In this document: piece after piece, positions 1 through 13,618 of the stretch
How positions within the stretch are numbered: position 1 is the stretch's first letter
Layout of the letters: each line of letters begins with the position of its first letter
Assembly: GCA_012295275.1 (NCBI GenBank)
Contig: CM022679.1
Coordinates: 31,642,905 to 31,706,904 of the forward strand
Direction of reading: 5' to 3'
Source: Chrysomallon squamiferum
Taxonomy: Eukaryota; Animalia; Mollusca
DNA length: 64,000 bases
The notes under the pieces: model-generated
Seen by the model: the letters and a program-made list of their open reading frames with translations, nothing else
Databases searched by the model: none
What the model was told of the DNA's origin: nothing
Position numbers and translations under genes: made by a program

Positions 1-3000
1 TTTTTATTTTTTATTTACTAGGGTTAAAGTTAGTAAAGTATTATTATGGTTTAGTTTTTAGTTTATCTTTTTATTACTGTTTACCTAAAGTTAAAGTATT
101 AAAGTTAGTTATTATTTAGATTTAGTTATCTCTTTACCTTATTTACCTTATTAAAGTTAGGGTTAAAGTTAGTTATATGGTTAGATTTAGTTATCTGTTT
201 ACCTTTGACTAGTTAGGTTAAAGTTAGTATTATGGTTAGATTTAGTTATTTTTTTACTTTTTTTACCTTAGGGTTAAAGTTAAAGTTTATTATTTAGATT
301 TAGTTATTTACTTATTATTATTAAAAGGTAGTATTATTATAGTTAGATTTTAGTTATTATGTTTTTATTTATGATTTAGGGTTTAAAGTTAGTTTTATGG
401 TTAGATTTAGTTATTAGTTTATTTTATTAGTTAAAGGGTTAGTTAAAATTATGGTTATTATTTAGTTATCTTTTATCCTTTTGACTAGGGTTAAAGTTAG
501 TTTATGGTTAGATTTAGTTTATTTTTTTTTTATTTATGACTAGGGTTATGACTAGTATTGGTTAGATTTAGTTATTTATTTATTTATTATTAGGGGTTAA
601 GTTAGTTAGTATTATGTTAGATTTTAGTTATCTTTTTATCTTTTTACCTTATGGTTAAAGTTAAAGTATTATTATGGCTAGATTTAGTAGTTATCTGTTT
701 ACCTTATGACTAGGGTTAAAGTTAGTATTATGGTTAGATTTAGTTATCTGTTTACCTTATGACTAGGGTTAAAGTTAATTATGGTTATTTTAGTTTCTAT
801 TTTATCTTTTACTTTACTTTAAAGTTAAAGTATTATTATGTTAGGTTTAGTTATTTTTTATCTTTTACTATTATTAAAGTTAGTATTATGGTTAGATTTA
901 GTTATTATTATTATGTTATTTATTTAGGGTTTAAAGTTAAAATTATTATTTAGATTTTAGTTATCTTATTTTATTTTATTTATTATATTATTTAAAGTTT
1001 AGTTAAATTTAATGTTAGATTTAGTTATTAGTTTTACCTTTTACTTTTAGGTTATAATTATTAGTATTATATGGTTAGATTTAGTTTTATTTTTATGGTT
1101 TTTTATTTAGTATTATTTAAGTTAGTTATTATTAGGTTTAATTTAGTTATTATGGTTTTATGGTAGTTATCTTTATTAAAACTAGTATTATTAGTTAGGT
1201 TTTAGTATTATGGTTATGATTTAGTTTAGTTATACTACCTTTTTATGACTAGTTAAAAAAGTTAGTATTATGGTTAGATTTAGTTATCTGTTTACCTTTT
1301 GACTAGGGTTAAAGTTAGTATTATGGTTAGATTTAGTTATTTGTTTACCTTATGACTAGGGTTAAAGTTAGTATTATGGTTAGATTTAGTTTCTATTTTA
1401 TTATATACTTATTTTAAAGTTAGTATTATGTTTATTTTAGTTATTTTAGTATTTTATTACTATTAGTTTAAAGTTAGTATTATGGTTAGATTTAGTTATT
1501 AGTTATATTTTTACTAGGGTTTAGTTAGTATTATGGTTAGATTTAGTTATTGTTTACCTTATTACTTAGGTTAGGGTTAAAGTTATGGTTATTTTAGATT
1601 TATTTATCTTTAGTTACCTTATGACTAGGGTTAAAGTTAGTATTATGGATTTTTTTTTTTCTTATTTTATTTAGGTTTAAAGTTTATTTATGGTTAGATT
1701 TATTTATTTAGTTTTACCTTTGACTAGGGTTAAAGTTAGTATTATGTATTATAGATTTAGTTATTTTTTTATTTTTACTTTACCTTTAACTGTTAAAAGT
1801 TATTATATTTAGATTTAGTTTTTGTTTTTGTTTATTTTACCTTATGGGGTAAAAAAAGTAGTATTATGGTTAGATTTAGTTATCTGTTTACCTTTATGAC
1901 TAGGGTTAAAGTTAGTATTATGGTTAGATTTAGTTATTAGTTTTAGTTATTACTAGGGTTAAAGTTAGTATTATTAGTTAGATTTAGTTTTATTATTTTA
2001 TTTTTTATTATTTACTAAAGTTAGTATTATGGTTAGGTTTAGTTATTTGTTTATGTTTTTTATATTTAAATTTAGTTTATGGTTTAGATTTAGTTATATG
2101 TTTATTTATTATTTAAAGTTAGTATTATGGTTAGATTTAGTTATCTGTTTACCTTATGACTAGGGTTAAAGTTAGTATTATGGTTAGATTTAGTTATCTG
2201 TTTACCTTTTACTAGGGTTAAAGTTAGTATTATGGTTATTTAGTTATTATTTTTTATTATACTAGTTTACCTTATTAATTTATTATTAGTTTTAGTTATT
2301 TATTTTTAGTTATTATACCTTATGGTTAAAGTTAAAGTTATTTTAGATATTTAGTTATTGGTAGATTTAGTTTACTTTACTGACTAGGTTAAAAAAAAGT
2401 TAGTATTATGGTTAGATTTAGTTATCTGTTTACCTTTTACTAGGGTTAAAAGTTAAAGTTATTATGGTTAGATTTAGTTATCTGTTTACCTTATGACTAG
2501 GGTTAAAGTTAGTTAGTATTATGGTTATTTTATTTATCTATTTATCTTATTACTAGGGTTAAAAGTTAGTATTATTATTAGATTTTAGATTATATTTATT
2601 TTGACTAGGGTTAAAGTTAAATTATTATTATATTTTTATTTATCTTTTTACCTTATTATTTGGGTTAAAATTTAGTATTATTATTATTAGATTTTAGTTT
2701 TAGTTTTATTTTTACTTAGGGTTAAAGTTTAAAGTTTATGGTTAGATTTAGTTTATTAGTTTTACCTAGTTTTTACTAGGGTTAAAGTTAGTATTATGGT
2801 TAGATTTAGTTATCTGTTTTACCTTTATGACTAGGGTTAAAGTTAGTAAGTTATATTATGTTTAGATTTAGTTTTACTGTTATTTTATGACTAGGGTTAA
2901 AGTTAGTATTATGGTTAGATTTAGTTTCTGTTTACCTTATGACTAGGGTTAATGGTTAAAGTTTTATTTGGTTAGATTGTTTACCTTATGACTAGGGTTA

Positions 3001-6000
3001 AAGTTAGTATTATGGTTAGATTTAGTTATCTGTTTACCTTATGACTAGGGTTAAAGTTAGTATTATGGTTAGATTTAGTTATTTGTTTACCTTATTACTA
3101 GGGTTAAAGTTAGTATTATGGTTAGATTTAGTTATTTTTTTTTTATTATGTTTTAGTTATTTTTACCTTTTATGACTAGGGTTAAAGTTAGTATTATGGT
3201 TAGATTTAGTTATCTTTTTATTATATTACTTAGGGTTAAAGTTAGTTTATGTATTATTATCTGTTTAGTTTATTTATTAGTATTATTTAGATTTTGGTAT
3301 TAGGGTTTAAAGTTAGTATTATGGTTTAGATTTAGTTATTTTTTTTATTTAGTTATTATTATTTAGGGTTAACCTTATGACTAGGGTTAAAGTTATGGTA
3401 TGGTTAGATTTAGTTATCTGTTTACCTTTATGACTAGGGTTAAAAGTTAGTATTATGGTTAGATTTAGTTATTTAGTTATCTTTATTACTAGGGTTAAAG
3501 TTAAAGTTATGGTTAGATTTAGTTATTTATTACCTTATGACTAGGGTTAAAGTTAGTATTATGGTTAGATTTAGTTATCTGTTTACCTTATGACTAGGGT
3601 TAAAGTTAGTATTATGGTTAGATTTAGTTATTATGTTTATTTATTTACTAGGGTTAAAAGTTAGTTTATGGTTAGATTTAGTTATTTGTTTAGTTTTTTT
3701 ACTAGGGTTAAAGTTAGTATTATTAGGTTATATTTAGTTATCTGTTTATTTTTTATTACTAGGTTAGGGTTTAAAGTTATTATTATTTAGATTTATTTAT
3801 TGTTTTTTATTTTATTTAGGGTTAAAGTTAGTTTATGGTTAGATTTAGTTTTCTGTTTACCTTTGACTTAGGGTTAAAGTTAAGTATTATATTTTAGATT
3901 TAGTTATCTGTTTTACCTTATTTTTTATGGTTAAAGTTAGTTAAATGGTTAGGTTTTAGTTATTTTTATCCTTTTTTTACTAGGTTAAACTTAAAATTAG
4001 TATATATTTAGTTGGCTATTATTTTTTATCTTATTACCTTTATTATGACTAGGGTTAAAGTTAGTATTATGGTTAGATTTAGTTATCTGTTTACCTTATG
4101 ACTAGGGTTAAAGTTAGTATTATGGTTAGATTTAGTTATCTGTTTACCTTATGACTAGGGTTAAAGTTAGTATTATGGTTAGATTTAGTTATTATTTTTA
4201 TTTTTATTAGGGTTAAAATTTAGTTATTATGGTTAGATTTAGTTATTATGTTTACCTTATGAGGGTTTAAAGTTAGTATTATGGTTAGATTTAGTTATCT
4301 GTTTTATTTATAGGGGTTAAAAGTTAGTATTATTATGGTAGATTTAGTTATCTTTTTTACCTTTTGACTTAGGTTAAAAGTTAGTATTATTATAGATTTA
4401 GTTTATCTGTTTTTTTTTGACTAGGGTTAAAAGTTAGTATTATGGTTAGATTTAGTTATTTGTTTTTTTACTTTTTACTAGGGTTAAAGTTAGTATTATG
4501 GTTAGATTTAGTTATCTTTTACCTTTTATTACTAGGTTAAAAGTTAGTTATTATTATTAGATTTAGTTATCTGTTTACCTTATGACTAGGGTTAAAGTTA
4601 GTATTATGGTAGATTTAGTTATCTTTTACCTTATGACCTTAGGTTAAAGTTAAAGTTAGTATATGGTTAGATTTAGTTATCTGTTTACCTTATTATGACT
4701 TAAAAAAGTTAGTATTATGGTTAGATTTAGTTATCTGTTTACCTTTTGACTAGGGTTAAAGTTAGTATTATGGTTAGATTTAGTTATTTGTTTATCTTTA
4801 TGACTAGGGTTAAAGTTAGTTATTATATATAGATTTAGTTATCTGTTTATTTATGACTAGGGTTAAAGTTAGTATTATGGTTAGATTTAGTTATCTTTTT
4901 TACCTTATTACTTAAATAAAGTTAGTATTATGGTTAGATTTAGTTATCTGTTTACCTTTATTAAGTTAAAGTTAGTTTATGGTTAGATTTTAGTTATTAT
5001 TTTTACCTTATTACTAGGGTTAAAGTTAGTATTATGGTTAGATTTAGTTATCTGTTTACCTTATTACTAGGGTTAAAGTTAGTATTATGGTTAGATTTAG
5101 TTATCTGTTTACCTTATGACTAGGGTTAAAGTTAGTTTATGTATTATTTGGTTTTAGTTATCTATCTTTTACCTTATTACTAGGGTTAAAGTTAAAGTTA
5201 GTATTATGGTTAGATTTAGTTTATCTGTTTACCTTATGACTAGGGTTAAAGTTAAAGTTATTATTATAGGTTAGATTTAGTTATCTGTTTTTACCTTATG
5301 ACTAGGGTTAAAGTTAGTATTATGGTTAGATTTAGTTATCTGTTTTATCTTTTTACTAGGGTTAAAAGTTAAAGTTATGGTTAGATTTAGTTATTTGTTT
5401 TACCTTATACTACTAGGGTTAAAGTTAGTATTATTATAGATTTAGTTATCTGTTTACCTTATGACTAGGGTTAAAGTTAGTATTATGGTTAGATTTAGTT
5501 ATCTGTTTACCTTATGACTAGGGTTAAAGTTAGTATTATGGTTAGATTTAGTTATCTGTTTACCTTATGACTAGTTTAAAGTTAGTATTATGGTTAGATT
5601 TAGTATTTTCTGTTTACCTTATTACTAGGTTAAAATTAAAGTTTATGGTTAGATTTAGTTTATTTGTTTACCTTATTACTAGGGTTAAAGTTAGTATTAT
5701 GGTTAGATTTAGTTATCTGTTTACCTTATGGCTAGGGTTAAAGTTAGTATTATGGTTAGATTTATTTATCTGTTTACCTTATGACTAGGGTTAAAGTTAG
5801 TATTATGGCTAGATTTAGTTATCTGTTTACCTTATGACTAGGGTTAAAGTTAGTATTATGGTTAGATTTAGTTATCTGTTTACCTTATGACTAGGGTTAA
5901 AGTTAGTATTATGGTTAGATTTAGTTATCTGTTTACCTTATTACTAGGGTTAAAGTTAGTATTATGGTTAGATTTAGTTATCTGTTTACCTTTTGACTAG

Positions 6001-6842
6001 GGTTAAAGTTAGTATTATGGCTAGATTTATTTATCTGTTTACCTTATGACTAGGGTTAAAGTTAGTATTATGGTTAGATTTAGTTATCTGTTTACCTTAT
6101 GACTAGGGTTAAAGTTAGTATTATGGTTAGATTTAGTTATTATTTTTACTTATGACTAGGGTTAAAGTTAGTATTATGGTTAGATTTAGTTTTATTTTAT
6201 TATATTACTAGGGTTAAAGTTAAAGTATTATGGTTAGATTTAGTTATTTGTTTTACTTTTACTAGGGTTAAAAGTTAGTATTATGGTTAGGTTTAGATTT
6301 AGTTATTTAGTTTTACCTTTACCTTTAGGGTTAAAGTTAGTATTATATGGTTAGATTTAGTTATCTGTTTACCTTTATTATGACTAGGGTTAAAGTTAGT
6401 ATTATGGTTAGATTTAGTTATCTGTTTACCTTTACTAGGGTTAAAGTTAGTATTATGGTAGATTTAGTTATCTGTTTACCTTATGACTAGGGTTAAAGTT
6501 AGTATTATGGTTAGATTTAGTTATCTGTTTTCACTTATGACTAGGGTTAAAGTTAGTATTATGGCTAGATTTATTTATCTCTTTACCTTATGACTAGGGT
6601 TAAAGTTAGTATTATGGTTAGATTTAGTTATCTGTTTACCTTATGACTAGGGTTAAAGTTAGTATTATGGTTAGATTTAGTTATCTGTTTACCTTATGAC
6701 TAGGGTTAAAGTTAGTATTATGGTTAGATTTTAGTATCTGTTTACCTTATTACTAGGGTTAAAGTTAGTATTATGGTTAGATTTAGTTATCTTATTTGTT
6801 TTTTACCTTATGACTAGGGTTAAAGTTAGTATTATGGCTAGA
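1..6842 (+). repeat. 53-bp tandem satellite, consensus GACTAGGGTTAAAGTTAGTATTATGGTTAGATTTAGTTATCTGTTTACCTTAT
   Basis: Near-perfect copies recur at a 53-bp period (GACTA at 5836 and 5889). Copies are much noisier towards the window start. Confidence 0.95.
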
Positions 6843-7042
6843 NNNNNNNNNNNNNNNNNNNNNNNNNNNNNNNNNNNNNNNNNNNNNNNNNNNNNNNNNN
6901 NNNNNNNNNNNNNNNNNNNNNNNNNNNNNNNNNNNNNNNNNNNNNNNNNNNNNNNNNNNNNNNNNNNNNNNNNNNNNNNNNNNNNNNNNNNNNNNNNNNN
7001 NNNNNNNNNNNNNNNNNNNNNNNNNNNNNNNNNNNNNNNNNN
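6843..7042. other. Assembly gap (200 N)
   Basis: Run of exactly 200 N, a fixed-size scaffolding gap whose true size is unknown. Confidence 0.99.
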
Positions 7043-7339
7043 TTCATTAGCCACCATTTTGATTGCTGCGTCTGTATTAGTACCTGCCCCGTCGTAGTAC
7101 ACGTTATTAATTCCATTGACAACACCGTTGACGGTGCTGTACTTTGAAAGGTCGAAGTCTACATACGGGGAACTGCTGAAGCTGACGGTAGCTACTCTGG
7201 TGTCGTTGGCGCTGATGTCGAGGCCTCGGACAACGTGAACGAGAAAGTTTTGAACACGTATAAAGTTGTCCGCACCAATACTGCCCGACGTATCAACAAT
7301 AAACACTAAATCTAAATTTGTCTTACAAGTCTGTGTGGA

Positions 7340-7377
<38 letters not shown>

Positions 7378-7381
7378 CAAG

Positions 7382-7412
<31 letters not shown>

Positions 7413-7439
7413 GATAGATAGATAGAGAGATAGATATAG

Positions 7440-7470
<31 letters not shown>

Positions 7471-7479
7471 GAGAGAGAC

Positions 7480-7577
<98 letters not shown>

Positions 7578-7843
7578 GTTTAAGAACAATTCATAAAAGA
7601 AATAAATAAATACTTTCAAATTTTATTTAACAATGACAAAGACAGAAAAATACCAAAGAAAAAAGAAAGAAGAACAGGAACAAGAAGAACAACAATCAAC
7701 GTATAAAAGAAGGATGTAGACAAACAGGGAAAGAGAGATGGAGAAACAGTTTAAGAAGAAGAAAATAATTTAAAAAATTCTATCTAAAAAAAATAAAAAT
7801 ATGAAAGAGAAAAAAATGAAAAAAATAAATAACAATAATAGTA

Positions 7844-7936
<93 letters not shown>

Positions 7937-8643
7937 GGCAGCCAATACAGCGACTCATTTCTGAGACAGTGTGGAACGTGTTTTTAACATTCACTTGATG
8001 TAAACGTTTCAAATGGACGACTGGGTTTTAATATTAAAGCTTAAGCGTCACAGGTTTTATCTACTTACTAACTTACTTATTTGTTTACTAAAATAAAAGA
8101 TATGGAAAGAAAGACCAACCATTGACATCTGCTTTTCTTGTAAACACATCGACAGACTCATTCGGGCTGTAGATACGTTTCCACAGCAACGCTTGGCTTG
8201 TGACGTCACCGGGAATGCTGATCCCACTCTTCAGTTGAATGTAGAGCGAAGCAGCGAGTCCAGAATACAGCGGTTTTAGTAGATCTCTCCACTTCCCCTG
8301 CTGTCATGTTATGTTGAGTGACGTCATAATTCTGTCACACGTCACACTAACAGGTGGCGGGAAGTGATTAATTTCATTGAACTTTGATTCATCAACCTCA
8401 AAAAATATTTAATAATTGATTTTTTATTAAATAAGAATAAATAAATGACTACTCCTCTTAATACTACTACTACTACTACTACTAATAATGATAATATAAA
8501 ATCGTATTATTAATCGATACTATATTATATATATATATATATATATATTTCTTTATTTACATTTTTTTTCATTATGTATATTTTTTCTTATATTTGTAAA
8601 TGTGTTTTCACAAAGTTATATCGTATTCCATAAAATTCACTAA

Positions 8644-8674
<31 letters not shown>

Positions 8675-8942
8675 ATCAATAAAGTTTCACCTGCCAAATT
8701 CCTCCGTAAAACCCTTTTCTGTATGTTTTTGTATCTCCCCCATTATCGGACTCAACTAGAGCCAGTCGCTGCAAGAAAAGTCTGTCCTGAGAGAAGATGC
8801 AGTTGTCTCTGATCTGATCTACGACTGCAGTCACAACGTCATCACCTTTCTGCTTCTCTTTACGGGTTAGGTCTATTTCGCCGTCAATCACAACTGAAAG
8901 AACGACGACACAAAGAAAACGAAAGAGACAAGACGACGCCAT
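7043..8942 (-). pseudogene. Secreted lysozyme-like/vWA gene, copy 1 (exons 8942-8691, 8396-8120, 7330-<7043), with an in-frame TGA in exon 2
   Basis: Same exon structure as copy 2. TGA at 8306-8304 replaces the TGG (Trp) of copy 2. The vWA exon is cut by the gap. Confidence 0.75.
7341..7577. repeat. Compound microsatellite (AAT)n-(TA)n-(GATA)n-(GA)n in intron 2, also at ~14298-14550, ~21261-21500 and inverted at ~24500-24722
   Basis: Directly visible simple repeats whose tract lengths differ among the unit copies. Confidence 0.95.
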
Positions 8943-9839
8943 TTCTGACTGGAACCGAACCAGCAGACTCGAGAGTGTCAGAGAACGTGCGTGGCGCATA
9001 TAAATGTTATCTTAGACGTTAAATATTTAAAACAAAACTTTTTTTTCTTTACTGTTATTATCAACACATATGTTCGTCTTCACGCTCATTTTTATTTTTT
9101 GTTTGTTCATTGTCTGAATAAAAATTTAAAAAGATAAAAATTAAATAAATAAATAAAATAAAATAAAGATTATGACGATGACGATGATGATTGTAATATT
9201 ATTATGTTAACATATCTGTTTGAAGATGGATTTTTCTGGCGTTCTTTCAACCATTACTTCCAAAGGATCAATGCGAACGTCAAGAAGAAAAAAAGAAAGA
9301 AAAGAAAAACAAATCATAGAATTGTATTTGCTGGTGGGATCTTAAAACTTACATTTGTTTGACTGGACAGACGTAGGAATTACATTAAATTTCTTAAAGA
9401 TGAAATTATTTAAATATGTCTCCCAAAGTTCTAGTTAGAGAGAAAAAATATATAATTGATATTTAAATATTTTGTTATTTATTTATTTATTTATTTATTT
9501 ACTTATTTACTTACTTACTTATTTATTTATCTATTGTAGTGAATTGTCATAGCTGTACATTTTACGAATATTATTTTGAAAGTTTGCACTATCATTCTGT
9601 GTTTCGTAGAGTTCTGGAAAGAGGAAATGATATTATCGTAGACTGGTGTTTTAAGATTATTTAAAACAAGATATGTTAAAACGTTAGCTTGCTTTTTTAT
9701 AACTCAACATTATGAGTGTTTTGAGATTCTGTCGCGTTTATCTGACAATGAGTTCAACATCTATAAACAATATAGTCCTTAGTTGTGGTTTTTAGTTTTC
9801 TAAAATACATTTCCTATCGTACCTTTTGTAAATAAAACC

Positions 9840-9884
<45 letters not shown>

Positions 9885-9924
9885 CATTTCACTGTATAAT
9901 AGCAGAGGAGGGGCTAAGTTCTGC

Positions 9925-11260
9925 TACGGGTAAGTTGTGCCACACCCTCTCCAGGCTGGCTGACTGAGTGGATACGACTGAAAGATTCTGCCATCTACTG
10001 ATTCGTGTTAGGATAAAATGATTTTTCTCACTGATGCAGGAGACATGTAACTTCCCTAGAGAACAAAGATTCTCTGACAAAAAGTATGAATTTTGGTGTC
10101 TAATGTCGATCTTAGCCGGACAGATTTGTGAATTTCCTCCGTACTCACTGCAAAGATTATGCTGAAATCACATTTCATGTATCATAACTAGAAAATTGTT
10201 TTCATATTATTTCTATCAGTAAAGGTGGAGTAACACGACCCATTTCATATTTCCTCGTTTCAGCTACCACAACCACTTCATCAGGAGATCTATCTGCTGA
10301 GCAGCTACACATTGATGTACCAATGAAAAGCTGCTTATTCAGTGCATACACCATGTTATTCAGTACTGTACGGAACACAAGATCTTCTCACACTAGACAA
10401 CCACCAGTCAAACATAACTTTACAGGTTGTTGAAGTTCTACGGATACTGGTATTGTGATGCTGTTTTACCTCCGCACACGAATCACTGAGATACTATTTG
10501 ACAATGATATCCAATCTGTCGTGAATGAGACGGAAATGTCGGCTATGATTCCGAGGAATATATTATCGGAATTTAAAAGCACAGGCATGTTTTTGTTTAA
10601 ACAGGGACCTATTCACAAACTTCACTTCACTCCAGCAGAATCCACTGACTGGAGGATAGAAGCAAACCAAGAATAGACTGATGAAGTGGATAATGACAGT
10701 GACAGTATGGCTATCGATTATCAAATTCAGGACAAGCAGAATGATGTCAGTAGAGACATTTGTTGTTTTTTCTACCACAGATCACCCCACCCCACTGACT
10801 GACTATCAACTTCAACAGCAACAACTAACCTTGACAAATCGGCCGCGTCTCTCAGTAGTTCTGTTGATGATGTGGATGTGTCCCCTTCCGTAATTCTACG
10901 AACTCCACAGGCCGCCCCCCACCCCCGAAAAAAGCCACGAAACGTACGAAGAACAGTTCCAGGATGATGACTGACACTGCTATTCGAGATGCAGTTCCTG
11001 CTGCCTTGGTAGAAAGCGAACAAGTGCAAGGAAAACCAGGCCTACTCCAGAACTGTGTGTTCTTACGTCAGACGACAAGTGGTGCAGCAGCGTGATGATG
11101 ACGAGACAAGTTGAATCTGATGCTGCATCTACCCAGGTAACGCATCCACACAGCTTGAGATAAACGAAGAGGATTTTGTTAAGGTTAAATTTGCAGGAAA
11201 GTCAATCAGTAAGGAATACATTGCTAGGACTGATGCTGTAGGTGATGTTTCATTGCTAGG
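9925..11260 (+). mobile_element. Decayed pogo/Tigger-like (Tc1/mariner superfamily, DDE_1-type) DNA transposon, copy 1
   Basis: Frameshifted peptides from ~10322 read NEKLLIQCIHHVIQY, LLTLDNHQSNITLQVVE, TGIVML, LPPHTNH, SAMIPRNILSEFKSTGMF, VSPSVILRTPQAAP and EEDFVKVKFAGK. These match the pogo-type pattern LLxLDNHxSH...GIxML.LPPHTSH...AMTPxNIxSGFxxTGIxP. A TIR-like TA|CGGGTAAGTTGTGCCAC starts at 9925. No right TIR was found. Confidence 0.8.
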
Positions 11261-11355
11261 ACGATATCATCCACAAGCTTCCCGAGCAAACGACTGCACG
11301 AAGATCCCTCCAACTTGTTTACACGAGGAATTTATTAAAAAAATGAAATATAACA

Positions 11356-11357
<2 letters not shown>

Positions 11358-11411
<54 letters not shown>

Positions 11412-12080
11412 TCTTCAATTATAAGTTCTTCCACTGTCTGTCTCTCTGTCTGTATCTTTAAGGAGATGATCGTGATCAGTGACGTCGTTTTCTTCAATAG
11501 AAACACAACCTCTCTTGATACGTTCTGATTTTACATCAGTTGTTAACAGAGAGAGGAAAGGGAGGAACGGGAAATAGTGCTACTGGATCTCACATGTATG
11601 TATGTATGTATGTATACAAACACACACGCCCATACATACATGCACATATATATTTTACAGCGAAAACGGCAATGACAATAACTTCTATTACAACTGATGA
11701 TGACAATAATAGTAGTAGTAGTAATAATAGTAGAAGTAGTAGTAATAGTAGAAGTGGTACTACTAGTAGTAGTAGTTATAGTAGTAACACTGTTATAAGC
11801 ACTACTGCTACTACTATTTAAATTACTACTGCGGCTACTCCTACTTTTAGCAATGCTACTACTACTGCATGTCAGGTACTACCCGCTATATTGCTCGATT
11901 TATCCGCACACTATTCTTATTAGCAGCAAGAAACAACAAATTACTGTTACTACTGCTACCAGTCCTACAACTATCACCATTAACAAGAAAGTTGGTTCAA
12001 GCACCAAACTACTACTACTACTACTAGTACTAGTACTACTACCACTACTACTACTGCTACTACTACTAATAATAATATTA
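11358..12080. repeat. Simple-repeat-rich tract, (AAT)n, (TATG)n, (AGT)n, (CTA)n, repeated at ~18318-19045
   Basis: Directly visible, and the source of the poly-N, poly-L and poly-S ORFs. Confidence 0.85.
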
Positions 12081-13618
12081 CTACATTACAACCTCGACAA
12101 CTATTACATTATTTCTGTCACAGCTCGTTCATTTTAATGTTTGTTCAACTGTTATAACTATCTCTACTGCTACAACTTCTACGACGTCAACAGTTACTAA
12201 TATGACGAGATTACAAATGTAATTTTGTATTTTCTGACTAACTCACCCACTGTGACAAGACTGGTAAAAAAAGGTAGTCCCATTTAAATAGGTTGCAAAT
12301 ACGGTAAGCACGTGCTTTCCAATATCACTTTTGTTAGCGTAAGGAAATAAAGATGACATCACGTATCGAGTACACTTCACCTTCACGTTGTGGATGTTTA
12401 CAGCAACGTGAACACTGCTGATGTTTCCTTGTTAACATTTCCCTTTTTGTTCACAGACATTGTTGGAACGGGAGAAAACAGTTTTGTTTAAGGAGACTGT
12501 TTGTCCTAGATGAGCCACGACAAAATTATTTTGTTTTGAAGAATCCACGAGTACAGGGTGAACTGAAACGATAGAAATAATGAATGGAAGAATGAAGAAT
12601 GAAAACATTTGAGAACATAACTAATGAATGGATCGATGGATGATTAATGGACGAACTGATTATGAATCATGGTTGGGAGGATAAAACATGAATAAAAAAG
12701 AACAAGAAAAAATATCCACGTAATTCTTATATAACGCTCACACAAAGAAACAGAAACAAACACAAAAATAATATACATATATACATAATCAGTAATTCAA
12801 AATTATTTAGTATTACAGATATTTAGAAAAGTAGAATATTAATCAATGTAGTTTTGTTTCTCTATCTGTTTCTTCTTTTCTTCTTTCTTTCTTTCTTTCT
12901 TACATTTACTTAGTTATATTGTTTTACAAAAATATATTTAGAAACAAAATAAATAAATAAATTAATGATGATGATGATAAAAATAATAATAATGTTTTTA
13001 ATAATAATAATAATGATAATAATAATAATGCATTTTATTTCTGTGAGATCTTACCATCATTTTATCATGTGAAATACATCGTAATTACCATCATCATACA
13101 ACCAAAACAAATTTATTTCATCATGTTAGCCAATAACTGTTCCGATGTCATGTTGACGGACGCAAGCACGATCTCTGATGTCAAAAACCACGTGAATGGG
13201 ACTCGCCTATCCTCTTTTTAAAAGACGTTTCGTTTCTTCTTTCCAGATGAATGAAGGTTGACTAGGCGTGAAGAAGAACGAAAAGAACGCTGTCGACGTA
13301 CGGTGCACAAACCACGTTCAATCAGCTACGTGTATCCTCGGAAAGTCCACTTGGAACTTTCACGAGACATTCGTTTACTGTCTACTCATATTAGTTATAA
13401 TCCTTCTCAGCTTCGCGTTGGTCTCTTTCTTTCTCAATTTAGACCAGACTATTCGACAACGACTAACTTGTTATGACCGACATATTTTCACAGCAGTTCC
13501 AAAGTGCGAAAAAATTCACTCGTATTGACCTACTGGTGGTACAAACGATGACGAAATCAGGAGACATCATACGTTATTAAGATCTATTCTCTGTTCGTGT
13601 TATTCTTTTTTTAATAAA
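11463..13618 (+). pseudogene. Chain of exon-like segments of an unidentified gene or lncRNA (11463-11595, 12292-12303, 12457-12557, 13247-~13640), copy 1
   Basis: Pyrimidine-rich acceptors (tgtatctttaag, ccctttttgttcacag, tttcttctttccag), donors (gtatgt, gtaagc, gtgaac) and AATAAA at 13613-13618. The joined frames I examined contain stops. The last segment encodes a TM-like stretch (FVYCLLILVIILLSFALVSFFL) in one frame. Confidence 0.4.

Noticed and set aside
759-5788. ORFs 759-953 and 5567-5788
   Set aside because: They are chance open frames in the 53-bp satellite.
6803-7125. ORFs spanning the first gap (and 26414-26846 spanning the second)
   Set aside because: These are artefacts of translating through N runs. 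Only the vWA part at 7043-7330 is real.
7323-8012. Poly-LS, poly-Y, poly-L, poly-N and poly-I ORFs here and at 11253-12137, 14270-14593, 18213-19100, 21233-21926, 24020-24752
   Set aside because: They are translations of (GA)n, (TA)n, (AAT)n and (CTA)n microsatellites.
8304-8306. In-frame TGA as selenocysteine or an alternative genetic code
   Set aside because: The paralogous codon is TGG (Trp), not Cys, and no SECIS was recognised. Spliceosomal introns indicate a nuclear gene, so a nonsense mutation is simpler.
8943-8999. Upstream ATG giving the MRHARSLTL... extension
   Set aside because: It overlaps the TATA-like AT-rich edge. The downstream ATG has better context and directly starts a signal-peptide-like segment.
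10563-11029. Minus-strand and alternate-frame ORFs over the transposon remnant (also 17424-17989, 9889-10080)
   Set aside because: They are antisense or off-frame to the recognisable transposase fragments and show no independent protein features.
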